From: the human T2T-CHM13v2.0 reference genome, Homo sapiens
Assembly (NCBI RefSeq): GCF_009914755.1
Contig: NC_060926.1
Strand: one strand, 5' to 3'
Length of the DNA: 64,000 nucleotides
Shown here: positions 20,812 through 35,347 of the stretch, piece by piece
Numbering within the stretch: the stretch's first letter is position 1
How the letters are laid out: every line of letters starts with the position of its first letter
Position numbers and translations under genes: made by a program
The notes under the pieces: generated by a model
What the model saw: the letters and a program-made list of their open reading frames with translations, nothing else
Told to the model about the DNA's origin: nothing
Database searches by the model: none

Positions 20812-21111
20812 CTCTGATAGAGATGAGTCTGCTTTTAAAATGCTTGGATAGTTATCTTTTAATTTTACTTCTAATGGAAAAAATACATTTTTCATTTTTC
20901 TGTCTGGCATGCTTTCTGATTGACGTTCACCTAAAGGTGGTATTCTGCCTGCTTTTATTGTTTCCTGGTTAGAAATAGTGCACAATGAGTGCACTTCTGT
21001 GGGTGAAGGTGTTGATTCATCATTTTTAGAAGCATCAGCAGTTGAATTATCTTGGTCCGATTGGTTCAAAGTTGGTATAGTCAGGCCTTTCTCAGAATCA
21101 TTATCCAGTAA
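20812..21111 (-). CDS. C2CD6: C2CD6 coding exon (300 nt, LLDNDSEKGL...KADSSLSE); frame stays open past the donor to a stop at 20665
   Basis: ttttctag|TTA CTG GAT...TCA GAG|gtaaat; 100 codons; overlaps ORF 20665..21069. Confidence 0.92.
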
Positions 21112-22226
21112 CTAGAAAATACAGCAATAAAACAAACTACCAGTTAATCATTATTGACTGGAAAATTTTACAAATTAAGAAAATGACTCAAAATCAATTG
21201 TACCCTTATCCTTTAGCATAACAAATTACCATTATTATTTGTAAATTTTAATTCCTTAGTAAACATAGTAAGTTCTTTACTTGCCTGAAACCATGGACTG
21301 TAGAATACTATCCATAAAAATGATAAAGCAGTGGTTCTCATATATCCAAATTTATAAATCAGCAACATCTCAAAATAAAAAATCTGAGGGTCTGACATTT
21401 TACTGTTATTACACTGTCACCAATATATCATGAAACAAAGGAAATTTTAATAACAAAATGCACAAGGAATGATACCATAAATCACAACTATATAAGAAAA
21501 TAAAGAGAATATTAATAGCACCACAGTACAAAGAACAATATTGTAAAATAAAGGATAGCCTGTTAAACTAAATAAATTTAGCTTTATGAAAAATTCTCTA
21601 TATTATCTTCTTTTACTCTCCTTGAACTGCGGAAAACAGTAATACATACTGACTCTTCAATTGGTATTTGGGAGCCACTGACCCAGGAATGGAAATCATT
21701 AAATCCTACTTGTCAAGCAGTAAGTGAACATTTTACTCTTCACTGATTTACATGGGGAGCCACTCCTTTATGGAATGAATACCTTATGTAAATTTAGCTG
21801 AAAAGCAAATTATATTATGTAAACTCTATGTTTTGTTTATTTCTATTTTAAACTATAGAATATCATTTCCTGTGCAAAGTTTACAATATGATAAAAGATT
21901 TTGGTGAGAAAGAGTAAAAACTGCAGTTACATCTATGGCATTTATTTCTAAGATCTTACGTAGAACTTCATGCTTTTTTCTTGTTTCTCCTTCATCTCTT
22001 CCTCAACACATTTTGTCCCCTATCTTCATATTTTTAAATGTTACTATTTTATGCAGAAGGCTCTTTCAAGAGTGTAACTATACAGATATTGCCATAATAG
22101 AAACCATAAAACAACTGAGTAACTTCTTGGATGCCTTTCTCTATCTATAAATATTTCTCCATTTATAAATATTTTATCCCTTTATAAAATAATGACTATT
22201 AAAAGTTCTCTTCCAATTTCCCTTAC

Positions 22227-22270
22227 CTCATTTGCAGTAGTTTCAGCTTCCTCATTTACAAGAGGGATAT
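22227..22270 (-). CDS. C2CD6: C2CD6 coding exon (44 nt, (D)IPLVNEEAETTANE)
   Basis: aagcag|AT ATC CCT...AAT GAG|gtaagg; phase 1/0. Confidence 0.9.
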
Positions 22271-23450
22271 CTGCTTAAACAATTAATAGGGGTATTTTAT
22301 TTTACATAAAAACAATAAACATATGTATGTACATTAATAAAATACTATTACATTTTTTCTCACTAAAAACAAAGAGCAACTTAAATCAAAGCAGCTATCC
22401 AAACATAAACACTACTTAGTATAAACAAGCTGATGAATCTCTGGGAAGATGGGGGAGTGGTAAATGATAACATTTCAGATCCATAAATACAAGACACAAA
22501 CACAGGTACATGCTATATTTTTTAAAAGTTGGGAGGAAATAAACTCCAGATGATAAGTGATGGGACTGGGATTGGAAGAAGAGACTAGAATAAAGGCGTA
22601 TGAAATCAGACAAAATAGGACCATTCAAGGAAGGCTGGTTAAAATACTTGTAAAATTTTCCTAGAAATATAAGGAATACATATTTAGCATGTAAAAAGGG
22701 AAAACCTAAAAGGGACAAAAAGAAAATAAATAACTGAAGCAGAATTCTAGCAAAAAAATTTGCTATGGTCACAACTACATGACTTCGTTCAGCTCTTTCT
22801 TTTTTCTTTTAATGGTGGTAAGAACAATTCACATGAGACCTATCCTCTTAAATTTTCTAGTGCAAAACATAATAATGTTAACTATCAGCACAATGTTGTA
22901 AAGCAGATCTCTAGAACTTCATCATCTTGCATAACTTAAACTTTATACTTGTTGAAAAGCAATTCCCTATTTGCCCCTCCCCCTAGCCTCAGGCAACCAG
23001 CATTCTACTCTGACTATTTCATATACCTCACATATATGGCATCATGCAATATTTGTCTTTCTGTGACTGGCTTATTTCACTTAGTATAATGTCCTCAAGG
23101 TCCATCCACGTTGTCACATATGGCAGGATTTCCTTATTTTTAAATGCTGAATGATATCCCATTGTATGTAGACTGGCATATCTCTTTTTATTGCACTTCT
23201 CAGATACTGTGTTTTGTACAAATTGAAGGTCTGTGGCAACCTTGCGTTGAGCAAGACTATTGGTGCCATTTTTCCAAAAGCATGTGTTCACTTTGTGTCT
23301 CTGCATCACATTTTGATAATTCTCAAAATATTTCAAACTTTTTCATTATTATAATATCTTTTATGGTACTCTATGACCAGTGATCTTTGATGTTACTATT
23401 GTAATTGTTGAGGGGCACCACAAACAACACCCATCTAAGATAGCAAACTT

Positions 23451-24423
23451 TTTTTATAAAAATTTAACTTTTAAGTTCAATTGTACATGTGTTGGTTTGT
23501 TATATAGGTAAACGTGTGTCATGGGGGTTTGTTGGACAGATTATTTCATCACCAGGTATTAAGCCTATTATCCATTAGTTATTTTTCCTGATCCTCTGCC
23601 TCCTCCTACCCTCCACTCTCTGATAGGTCCCAGTGTGTGTTGTTCCCCTCTATGTGTCCATGTGCTCTCATCATTTAGCTCCCACTTATAAGTAAGAACA
23701 TGTGGTATTTAGTTTTCTGTTCCTGCATTTGTTGCTAAGGATAATGGTCTCCAGCTCCATCTATGCTCCTGCAAAGGACATGATCTCATTCTTTTTATGG
23801 CTGCATAGTATTCTATGGTGTTTATGTACTACATTTTCTTTATCCAGTCTACCATTGATGGGCATTTAGCTTGATTCCGTTTCTTTGCTATTGTGAATGG
23901 TACTGCCATGAACATACCTGTGCATGTGTCTTTATAAAAGAATGATTTATATTCCTTTGGGTATATACCCAGTAATGGGATTGCTGGGTCAAATGGCATT
24001 TCTGTCTTTAGGTCTTTGAGGAACCACCACACTGTCTTCTACAGTAGTTGAACTAATTTACACTCCCACCAACAGTGTATAAGCATTCCTTTTTCTCTGC
24101 AACCTTGCTGGCATCTGTTATTTTTTGACTTTTTAATAGTAGCCATTCTGACTGGTGTGAGATGGTATCTCATTATGGTTTTGATTCACATTTCTCTAAT
24201 GATCAGTGATGTTGAGCATTTTTTCATATGCCTGTTGGCCATATGTGTGTCTTCTTTTGAAAAGTGTCTGTTCATGTCCTTTGCCCACTTTTTAACGAGG
24301 TTTTTTTTTTTTTTTTTTTTGTAAATCTTTGCCCACTTTTTAACGAGGTTGTTTTTTTTTTTGGTTTTGGTTTTGGTTTTTTTTGCCAAGATCCCTTATA
24401 AATGCTGGATATTAGACTTTTGT
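23451..24423 (-). mobile_element. L1PA 3' fragment inserted in Tigger1
   Basis: TSD aagat(a/g)gcaaactt at 23437-23450 and 24424-24437. Confidence 0.9.
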
Positions 24424-26319
24424 AAGATGGCAAACTTAATTTATAAATGTTGTGTGTGTTGTAACTATGCCACTGACCAGCTGTTCCCCCATCTTTCTTC
24501 CTCTCCTTGGCCTCTCTATTCCCAGAGACACAACAATATTGAAATTAGGCCATTAATAACCCCAAAATGGATCTAAGTGTTCAAGTGAAAGAAGATTTGT
24601 ACATCCCTCACTTTAAATCAAAAGCTAGAAATGATTAAGCTTACTGAGGAAGGCATGTTGAAAGCTGAGATAGGCCAAAAGCTAGGCCTCTTGCACCAAA
24701 CAGCCCAGATGAGAATGCAAAGGAAAACATTTTTGACAAAAGCGAGAAGTGCTACTCCACACACAAATGATAAGAAAGCAAAACAGCTTATTGCAGATAT
24801 GGAAAAAATTTTATTAATCTGGACAGAAGATTAAACCAGCCACAAACAGTCCCTTAAGCCAAAGCCTAATCCAGAGAAAGCCCCTAACTCTCTTCAATCC
24901 AATGAAAGCTGAGAGGTGAGGTGGCTGCAGAAGAAAACCTTGAAGCCAGCAAATGTTGGTTCGTGAGGTTTAAGGAAAGACAGTATTTTTGTAACACAAA
25001 AGTGCAAGGTAAAGCAGCAAGTGCTGATGTAGAAGCTGCAGCGAGTTACCCAGAAGATCTAGCTAAGATATTGATAAAAGTGACTACACTAAATAGGTTT
25101 TTATCGTAGATGAAACAGTCTTATACTGAAAGAAGGTGTCATCTAGACTTTCATAGCTAGAGAGGAGAACTCAATGCCTGGCTTCAACGCTTCAAAGGAC
25201 AGGCCAACTCTCTTGTTAGAGGCTAATGTAGCTGCTGACTTTAAATTGAAGCCAATGCTCATTTACCATTCTAAAAATCCCAGGGCCCTTAACATTTATG
25301 TCAAGTGTACTCTGCCTGTGCTCTATAAATGGAACAACAAAGCATGGATGACAGCAGATCTGTTTGCAGCATGGTTTACTGAATATTTTAAGCTTGCTGT
25401 TGAGACTTACTATTCAGAAAAAAAGATACCTTTCAAAATATTACTGCTCAGTGACAATGCACCTGGTCATCCAAGAGCTCTGATGGAAATGTCTGAGGAC
25501 ATTAATGTTGCTTTCATGCCTGCAAACATAGATCCATTCTGCAGCTCACAGATCAAGGAGTAATTTCAACTTTCAAGTCCTCTCATTTCAGAAATACATT
25601 TTGTAAGGCTTTAGCTGCCTTAGATAATTCCTCTGAGGGATCTTGGCAAAGTAAATCGAAAACCTTCTGCAAAGGATTTACCATTCTAGATGCCATTAAG
25701 GACATTTGTGCTTCAGGAGAGGAGCTCAAAATACCAACATTAACAGGAATTTGGAAGCAGTTGATTACAACCCTCATGGATGACTTTAAGATGTTCAATA
25801 AAACTTCAGTAGAGAAAGTAACTACAGATGTGATGAAAATAGCAACAGAGGTAGAATTAGAAGTGAAGCCTGAAGATGTGAGTAAACTGCTACAATCTCA
25901 TTATAAAATTTGAATGGATGAGGAATTGCTTCTTATGGATGAGCAAAGAAAAGTGGTTTCTTGAGATGGAATCTACTGCCGAAGATGCTGTGAACACTGC
26001 TAAAATGACAACAAAGGATTTAGAATTCTATATAAACTTAGTTGACAAAGCAGCAGCAGGGTTTGAGAGGATTGACTCCAATTTTGAAAGAAGTTCTACT
26101 GTGGGTAAAATGCTATCAAACACCATCGCATACTACAGAGAAATCCTTCATGAAAGGAAGAGCCAACTGACGCAGCAAAATTCATTGTTGTCTTATTTTT
26201 AAAAATTGCCACAGCCACCCCAACCTTCAGCAACTACCATCTTGATCAGTCCCAGCCATTAAGATCAAGGCAAGACCCTCCAGCAGCAAAAATATTGCAA
26301 CTCACTGAAGGCTCAGATG

Positions 26320-26673
<354 letters not shown>

Positions 26674-26678
26674 TCTCT

Positions 26679-26836
26679 ATTTTTTGAGATAGGGTCTTGC
26701 TCTGCCACCCAGGCCGAAGTACAGTGGCATGATCCTACCTGATGCACTGCACCCTTGAACTCTTGGGTTCATGCAATCCTCCTGCCTTGGCCTCCCAGAG
26801 TGCTGATATTACATGCATGAGCCACTGTGCCCAGCC
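26679..26836 (-). mobile_element. Alu monomer (FLAM/AluJ-like)
   Basis: Half-length Alu sequence. Confidence 0.75.
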
Positions 26837-28641
26837 AGCAATTAAGTATTTTTTAATTAAGTCATGTACATTGACTTTTTACATAATGCTATTGCACACT
26901 TAATAGACAAAAGTATAGTGTAAATGTAATGTTTATATGCCCTAGGAAACAAAAAAAAAATCACATGACTTGCTTTATTGTGGTGGTCTAGAACTGAACC
27001 TGCAATGTCTCTGAATTATGTGTGTATACCACATTTTGTTTATTCATTCATCTATGACATTTAGGTTGTTTCTACATCTTGACTATAGTAATAACATGGC
27101 AATAAACATAGGAGTGCAAATATTGCCTTGAGATGCTGATTTCAATTCTTTTGGATAGACACCCAGAAGTGAAATGGCAGGATCATATGATTTATCTATT
27201 TGTCATTTTTTTGAGTAACCACCATGCTGTTTTCAAAAGCAGCTGCATCATTTTACATTCCCCCAACAGTGTACTAGGGTTCAAATTTCTTCACATCCTT
27301 GCCAACACTTGTTGACTTTTCAATAATAGCCATCTTAACAGGTGTGATATCTCATTATGATTTTGATTTGTATTTACCTGATGATTAATGATGATAAACA
27401 GTTTTTGTATACCCATTGGACATTTGTAATGTCTTCTTTGGATAAATATGTATTCAAGTGCTCAGTCCATTTTTTATTTATTTATTTTTTTGCTATTGAG
27501 TTGAAAAGTTTCCTTATATGTTTTGGAATATTAGCCCTTTAACAAATATATGGTTTACAAATATATTCCCCCATTCTGTAGGTTTCCTCTTCACTCTGTT
27601 GTTTCCTTTACTGTGTAGAAGCTTTTTAATTTGATATAGCCCCACTGTCTGTTTTTGTTTTTGTTGCCTGTGCCTTTGGTGTCTTATCCAATAAATCATT
27701 GCCAACACCAGTGTCAATGAGATTTTCCCCTATGTTTTCTTCTAGGAGTTTTACAGTTTCCAGTCTTACATTTAAGTCATTAATCCATTGAGAATTGATT
27801 TTTGTTTATGGTGTTAAGCAAAAGTCTAATTTCAATTCTTTTGCATGTGAATATCCAGTTTTCCCAACACCATTTGCTGAAAAGACTATTCTTTCCTCAT
27901 TGTGTGTATTCTTGGCACACTTCTCAAAGATCAGTTCATCACATTTGCATGGGTTTATTTCTAGGCTCTCTCTTCTATTCTATTGATCTATATGTTTATC
28001 TTTATGCCAGTCCATGCTATTTTAATTGCTATAGTTTTGTAATACATTTTGAAATCAGAACGTGTGATACCTCCACGTTCTTCTTTCTCAAGACTGTTTT
28101 GACTATCCAGAGTCCTCTGTGGTTCCACATAAATTTTAGGATTGCTTTTTCTACTTCTGTGAAAAACACCATTAGAATTTTGATAGAGATTGCACTGAAT
28201 CTGTAGATTGCTTTGGGTAGTATGAACATTTTTCAGAGTATTAAATCTTCAAACTCATGAACACAGGATATTTTTCCCTTTATTTTCTTATCCTTAATTT
28301 CATTATCAATGTTTTTTAGTTTTCAGAGTGCAAGGTCTTTGACCTCCTTTGAAAAGTTTATTCCTAATTATTTTATTCTTTTTGATGCTATTGTAAACTG
28401 GAATTATTTTCTTGATTTCTTTTTTGGATAGTTCATTGTTAGTGTATAGAAACACAACTGATTTTTCTGTGTTGGTTTTATCTCCTGCAACTTTACTGAA
28501 TTCATGTATTGGTTCTAACAGGTCTTTTTGTGTGGAGTCTACAGAATTTTCTATATGTAAGATCCTGCCATCCGCAAACAAAGATAAAGAAATATTATTA
28601 TGTATTTTAAAGTATAGTACTATACTTTAACTTGCTTTCTT

Positions 28642-29171
28642 TTTTTTATTATTACACTTTAAGTTCTAGGGTACATGTGCACAACATACAGATTTGTTAC
28701 ATATGTATACATGTGCCATGTTGGTGTGCTGCACCCATTAACTCATCATTTACATTAGGTATATCACCTAATGCTATCCCTCCCCACTGCCCCCATCCCA
28801 CGACAGGCCCCAGTGTGTGATGTTCCCCTTCCTGTGTCCAAGTGTTCTCATTGTTCATTTCCCACCTATGAGTGAGAACATGCGGTGTTCGTTTTTTTGT
28901 CCTTGTGATAGTTTGCTCAGAATGATGGTTTTCAGCTTCATCCATGTCCCTACAAAGGACATGAACTCATCCTTTTTTATGGCTGCATAGTATTCCATGG
29001 TGTATATGTGCCACATTTTCTTAATCCAGTCTATCATTGTTGGACATCTGGTTTGGTTCCAAGTCTTTGCTATTGTGAATAGTGCCGCAATAAACATACA
29101 TGTGCATGTGTCTTTAGAGCAGCATGATTTATAATCCTTTGGGTACATACCCAGTAATGGGATGGCTGGGT
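28642..29171 (-). mobile_element. Young L1PA 3' end
   Basis: Classic L1PA 3'UTR; TSD tt.acttgctttctt on both sides. Confidence 0.92.
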
Positions 29172-29482
29172 TTCACTTGCTTTCTTAGTGAATTTAAGAG
29201 ATTTTTAAAAGACTGCATGAACAGTCCACTTATTAAATCTCTTACTGATACTTTATGATAAATTCTCAAATGTAATGCTAATCTAATTTCCTCTCCTTCT
29301 TCCTCTGCCACACTTTCTTTTTCACACACACACACACACACACATTCCTCTGCATAAACACACTCCTCTACATAAAAGAGACCAATAGCTCTATAGTTCA
29401 CAATGTCTAATAAAAATGCCTTTTCACAGGTCATAGTTAATATTTTAACTTTTTTCTCATCCTTAAAAAAGTAAAGGAGCAT

Positions 29483-30121
<639 letters not shown>

Positions 30122-30327
30122 TTAAAACTTTTTAAAACTCTTAATAGGGTCTAACACTTTTCTTTAAAATTATCACACCTACCATATGCCAAAACTATAG
30201 TGAAATGCATATTTATTTCCTAACAAAACAGAAATCTACTTAAAGCAAATTACTAATTGTCTTTTTGTGATATAATCACTTTGATTTCAATTATCTTAAT
30301 AATAAAAAAATCAAAGTAGTTTCTTAC

Positions 30328-30406
30328 CTACTCCTACAATATTTTCAAGCTCCTCTTCAGGTTGATTACTTTTCGTGTTTTCAGATGCCTCATCTATATT
30401 AGTTTC
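30328..30406 (-). CDS. C2CD6: C2CD6 coding exon (79 nt, ETNIDEASENTKSNQPEEELENIVGV+G)
   Basis: Long poly-T tract then ctag|GAA ACT...GTA G|gtaag; phase 0/1. Confidence 0.92.
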
Positions 30407-31149
30407 CTAGAAGCAAAAAAAAAAAAAAAAAAAAAAGAAAAAAAAATATATATGCGAAAATATTTAAAGAACGAAAACATTTTCCTCTGCCTTCATAACT
30501 ACTTTTAATACAATACACCTTCCTCCACACCCAAATTTACAGAAGACAAGAAGGAGATGGGTTTGTGAGAAAAGCAATTCAAACAGCACTATTTTAAGGA
30601 GCCACATACTCTGGCTAGGAGTTGATGTTCCAAAGAAAGTGTATCCAAGAATGGATAGAGTATTTGAGTGATGAATGTAGGAGATGAATATTACAAGATA
30701 AATTACATAATATTGTAACTTCAGGGGGTATGAGAAGATACCCCCAGGAAACAGATTACTTTTTTTATTAGAATACATTATGGCCTATGACTTAAAAGTG
30801 ATGTGTCTCTTTACAAAATTCCAAGGAGAATTATAAGGTAAAGTGATCAGTGGGCACTTATAAAATACTGATCTTTTAAAAAGAACCCTAAGTTCTTAGT
30901 CCCTTTAATAAAAAGTCCTCCAAAATGTCTCTAAAATATGAATAGTGTATTGGTAAATACTAATCAGTTTATCCAACAGAAGCCCAACTCTGCCCAATTA
31001 TCACAGAGGTATAAAAAAATGAAAATATCAATATGTTATAACTAACATTTTAGACTATGATCATAGTCAATGTTTTATCCATCCATTGAGAGAGCTATGA
31101 ATCCTTTATTTCCAAGTCAACATGTATAGGTTAGAGTATATTTCTAAAT

Positions 31150-32075
31150 ATCAAACCTTACTCATATTTCTGATAAGAGTTTAATGTCCAGAATATACAA
31201 AGAACTCTTACAACTTAACAATAAAAAGAAAAATAACTCAATTTTAAAATTGGCAAAGGATTTGAATAAACTTTATCCAAAGAAGATATACAAATGTCCA
31301 GTAAACACATGAAAGATGTTCACATCATTAGTCATTAGAGAAATGCAAATCAAACCTACAATGAGATACCACTTCAAACCCACTAGGATGGGTATAATAA
31401 TAATTTTTAGAAGTTAAAAAGGGTAGATGAAGATGTTGATCTTTCATACATTGCTGGTTGGAATGTACGATGATGCAGCTGCTGTGGAAAACGGTTTGGA
31501 AGCTCCTCATAAATCGAAACAGGAAACTATGACACAGTCCAGCTTCTACTCCTTTATATATACCCCAGAGAATTGAAAACATTTGTTCACACATAAACTT
31601 GCACATAAATGTTCACAGCAGCATTATTCATAATAGCTTTTAAGTAGAAACAAACTAAATGCCCATCAGCTGAGGAATGCATAAACAAAATGTGGCATAT
31701 CCAAATAATAGAATGTTATCTGGAGAGAGAAAAGAATGAAGTACTGGTACATGCTACAACAGGGGTGAAACTTAAAAACATAGCAAGCAAAAGAGGCAAA
31801 TCACAAAGAACAACACATTGTATGATTCCATTAATATGAAATGTCTAGAATAGGCTAAAGCTATACAGTTAGAAAGTTGACTAATTGCTGCCTAGGGCTA
31901 GTGGAGGGGATGGAAAAATTGGGAGGTATTGGCTAAAGGGTATGGGGTTGCTTTTGCAGGTGATAAAAACGTTCTAAAATTGACTGTGGTGATGGATACA
32001 CAACTCAGTGAATATACTAAATGCCACTGAGTTCTATACTTTAAATGGGTCATTTGTATGGTATATGAATGATAT
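31150..32075 (+). mobile_element. Old L1MB/MC 3' end
   Basis: ORF2 C-terminal region and 3'UTR (gggaggtattggctaaagggtatgggg...). Confidence 0.75.
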
Positions 32076-32287
32076 CCTTATAAATTATCAGTAACTATTA
32101 AACCCTATAAATTATCAATAAATATTCATTGAATGGCACATTATCAAAACAGGTAAGTACCTGAACCATGAAAAATATTTTATATATCAAGGACAAAAAA
32201 TTTGATCATCACTTTTAATTATCATAATCCCATTCTTAATAAAAAGTATTAAAAGCTATATATAGGAGAATGTATTATGTCAATTAC

Positions 32288-32393
32288 CTCAGAATCCTTA
32301 TGTTCCAATTTTGGCATTAGAATGCTTTCTAAATAGTTAGCTTTATCTATCCATGTATTCAGATTTCTATATTCTTTTTTCATCTTTTCCAGC
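32288..32393 (-). CDS. C2CD6: C2CD6 coding exon (106 nt, LEKMKKEYRNLNTWIDKANYLESILMPKLEHKDSE)
   Basis: tctttag|G CTG GAA...TCT GAG|gtaatt; phase 2/0. Confidence 0.92.
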
Positions 32394-32774
32394 CTAAAGA
32401 AAGAAATAAGTTATGAATGAAAAAAGCAAGTGATAGAAGAATACATATGGTATGATTCACAGAAGAATACTTGCAATGTGATCCATTTATAAAATGTTCT
32501 AAAAGAGACAAACCAACAATATATTGTCTAGGGATACAGTCAAAGGACAGGGAATGATTACAACAAAAATCAAGGTACTAGTTACCTGGGGATGGTTAAG
32601 GAGAGGGATGTAACCTCAGAAGGGTACACAAAATGTATTTCTGATATTACTGGTGGTGTATTTCTTAACCTGAATCATAAATATGTACACAATGGCGTTA
32701 TTATCATTATTTAGGCTATACATACTTGTTATAGAAATTATTCAATATATATTACTCTTAGTATTTAAACTATA

Positions 32775-33305
32775 CGTCTTAGTCAGTTTGAGCTGCTGTA
32801 ACAGAATACAATAGACTGGGTGACTTAAACAACAGACTTTTTTTTTAATGTACTTTAAGTTCTAGGGTACTTGTGCACAACGTGCAGGTTTGATACATAG
32901 GTATACATGTGCCACGTTGGTTTGCTGCACCCATCAACTCATCATTTACATTAAGTATTTCTCCTAATGCTATCCCTCCCCCAAACAATATACATTTATT
33001 TCTCACAGTTCTAGAGGCCAGGAATTCCAAGATCAAGGTGCTGGCAGATCCAGTGTCTGGTGAGAGTAGTCTTCACTGTTTGCAGATGGCTTTCTTATAT
33101 CCTCACATAGTGGAAAGAGATGAATCTTGTGTCTCTTTCTCTTTTTATGAGGGCATTAATCCCATCATTGTAACAGTCCTACCCTCATGACCTAATCTAA
33201 CCCTAATTATCTTCCAAAGGCAATGCCTCCAAATAACATCACACTGGGGACTAGGATTTTAACATATGAATTTGAAGGGAGACACAAACATTCAGTCCAT
33301 AACAC
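32775..33305 (-). mobile_element. MLT1A/MSTD-like LTR containing a ~145 bp L1PA 3' tip (32838-32982)
   Basis: gtcttagtcagtttgagctgctgtaacagaatac...cattcagtccataaca; aaacaa.a.ac flanks around the L1 tip. Confidence 0.8.
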
Positions 33306-34024
33306 TATATATATATAATTATTCAATACATATACAATATCTTCCACAATAAAACAAGTGAAAAAAAGGATGTATCTTCTAATACAAGAAACTTCAAAAA
33401 GCTTGAATACCTTAAAGATATAATTAACAAGGATTAAATGGAAGACAGGGAATGTTTCCCAGTTCATTTCATGAGGACATAATGGCCTTGACAATAAAAC
33501 CTGACAAAGACATTACAAAAAAGAAAAATTACAGTTTAATCTCATTCATGAATATAGATGTGAACATTACAAATAAAATATAGTTTTAGTACAAAAATCC
33601 AGTAGTGTGCAGACACAATTTGAGAATAGCAGTTGAAACTGGGAGGGCTTTTCTCGTTTCAGGATTCATGGTAAGATCTAAAGGGCCTGGAGCAGTCTAA
33701 TGACTATGAATGCTCAAAACTGACCAGCCAAGTATCTCTTCCAGGACAGGACCCCAGGAAATCTTAAAAAGCATTCCATTATACTACACACACACACACC
33801 CCCCAGCCAAATGAAAACATCAGAAGTGTGAATCTGTGAAGCTAGAAGAGTTTTCTAAGCCAATTCTCCTGCAAAAAATTCAGGCAAATTAATGTCACAT
33901 AAAATAGACCAATACACTTTAACAAAGATTAAAACCTGCAATGGATTGCAGCCTATCAAATGTTTAAATCTATGAGTTCAAAATAATATTTTAAGTATTT
34001 TTTTCAGAAACTAAAGTGTAAGAC

Positions 34025-34270
34025 CTTACACTTCTGGTCCACTACAGGTCACTGCCCTAATGTATATACAACATGAAACACCATTTCATCAACAGGCTCA
34101 TTTATTTAATTAATAACATTAATATTAATAATTTTCATAATCTGAGAAGGCTTCACTTCAAAATGGGAAGTGTCAGTGGTGGAACTCTCATCTAAAAATT
34201 TCGAATGATTTCATGGCCACCCATAACCATATTATACAATCAAAAAGCCCATATACGTAGAAGCTAAAAA
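34025..34270 (+). pseudogene. MT-CO1: NUMT COX1 3' fragment
   Basis: tatacaacatgaaacaccatttcatcaacaggctcatttattt resembles YTTWNTISSMGSFI; ...atctgagaagg...tcaaaatgggaagt resembles IWEAFASKREV. Confidence 0.8.
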
Positions 34271-34340
34271 TAAGAAAGCAAGGAGTCAAACCCCCTATAA
34301 CTGGTTTCAGGCTAGCTTCATAACCATTATGACTTTTTCA
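34271..34340 (-). pseudogene. MT-TS1: NUMT tRNA-Ser(UCN) relic
   Basis: agaaagcaaggagtcaaaccccctataactggtttcaggc...atgactttttc; TGA anticodon on the minus strand; expected position after COX1. Confidence 0.85.
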
Positions 34341-34346
34341 ACAAGC

Positions 34347-34415
34347 AAGATACTAGTAAAAATGTTACATAACTTTGTCAAAGTTAATTTATAGGTTAAA
34401 ATTCTTTATATCTTT
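34347..34415 (+). pseudogene. MT-TD: NUMT tRNA-Asp relic
   Basis: aagatactagtaaaa...aactttGTCaaagtt...tatatcttt. Confidence 0.88.
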
Positions 34416-35075
34416 GTGGCATACCTATTCCAGTCAGGCTTTCAAGATGCAGCATCATCTATTATAGAAGAACTACACTTACAAAATCACACTGTAATAA
34501 TCGTTTTCTTAATTAGCTCTTTAGTCCTTTATGTTATTTCATTAATACTAACAACTAAACTAACCCACACAAAATAGATGCTTAAGAAGTAGAAACAGTA
34601 TGAATTATCTTACTCGCTATTATTTTAATCCTAATTACTTTACTGTCTTTATGAATCCTATACATGATAGGTAAAATGAGTATCTCTTCCCCAACGTAAA
34701 AACCATAGGCTACCAATGATATTTAGGTATAAATATACAGACTACAAAGACCTGAAGTTTGATTCTTATATAATCCCTACAACAGACCTTAAACCAGGAG
34801 ATTTATGACCACTAGAAGTTGATAATTCGAGTAGTCCTACTTATGGAAATGTCAATTTTCATATTAATCTCATTCAAAGATGTATTACATCCATAAGCTG
34901 TTCCATCATTAGGCCTAAAAACAGATTAAATTCCAGGATGTTTAAATCAAGCAACTCTAACATCCACATGACCAGGCCTATACTATGGACAATGCTCAGA
35001 AATTTGTGGATCAAATCACAGCTTTACGCCTATTGTACTTGAATTAGTGCTGCAAAAACTGATCGGCACCTATGT
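34416..35075 (+). pseudogene. MT-CO2: NUMT COX2
   Basis: Reads (M)AY.FQ.GFQDAAS.IMEEL; [20 protein letters not shown]; [15 protein letters not shown] (CuA motif). Confidence 0.95.
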
Positions 35076-35142
35076 CATCGTGAAGCTAAGTGGCATTAAC
35101 CTTTTAAGTTAAAGAATGAAAGCATTGATCTTTCCACAACAA
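35076..35142 (+). pseudogene. MT-TK: NUMT tRNA-Lys relic
   Basis: catcgtgaagctaagtggcattaacctTTTaagttaaaga. Confidence 0.88.
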
Positions 35143-35143
35143 T

Positions 35144-35347
35144 ATGCCACAATTAGCTACATCAACATAATTTATCACTTTTTTCAATAATTCTAGCCCT
35201 ATTTAGCCTATTTCAATTAAAAATTTCAAAATATACCTACTCTTTAAACCTGTCACCAAAAAATATTGAAGCACCAAAACATGAAAACCCTAAGAAAAAA
35301 AGTGAATGAAAATTTATTTATCTCTTTCATTACTCCCACAATAATAG
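35144..35347 (+). pseudogene. MT-ATP8: NUMT ATP8
   Basis: ATG CCA CAA TTA GCT ACA TCA ACA = MPQL.TST; overlaps the ATP6 start as in mtDNA. Confidence 0.88.

Noticed and set aside
24631-26202. Possible TIGD1-like domesticated transposase gene
   Set aside because: Broken into at least four frames with stops, and still bounded by transposon ends.
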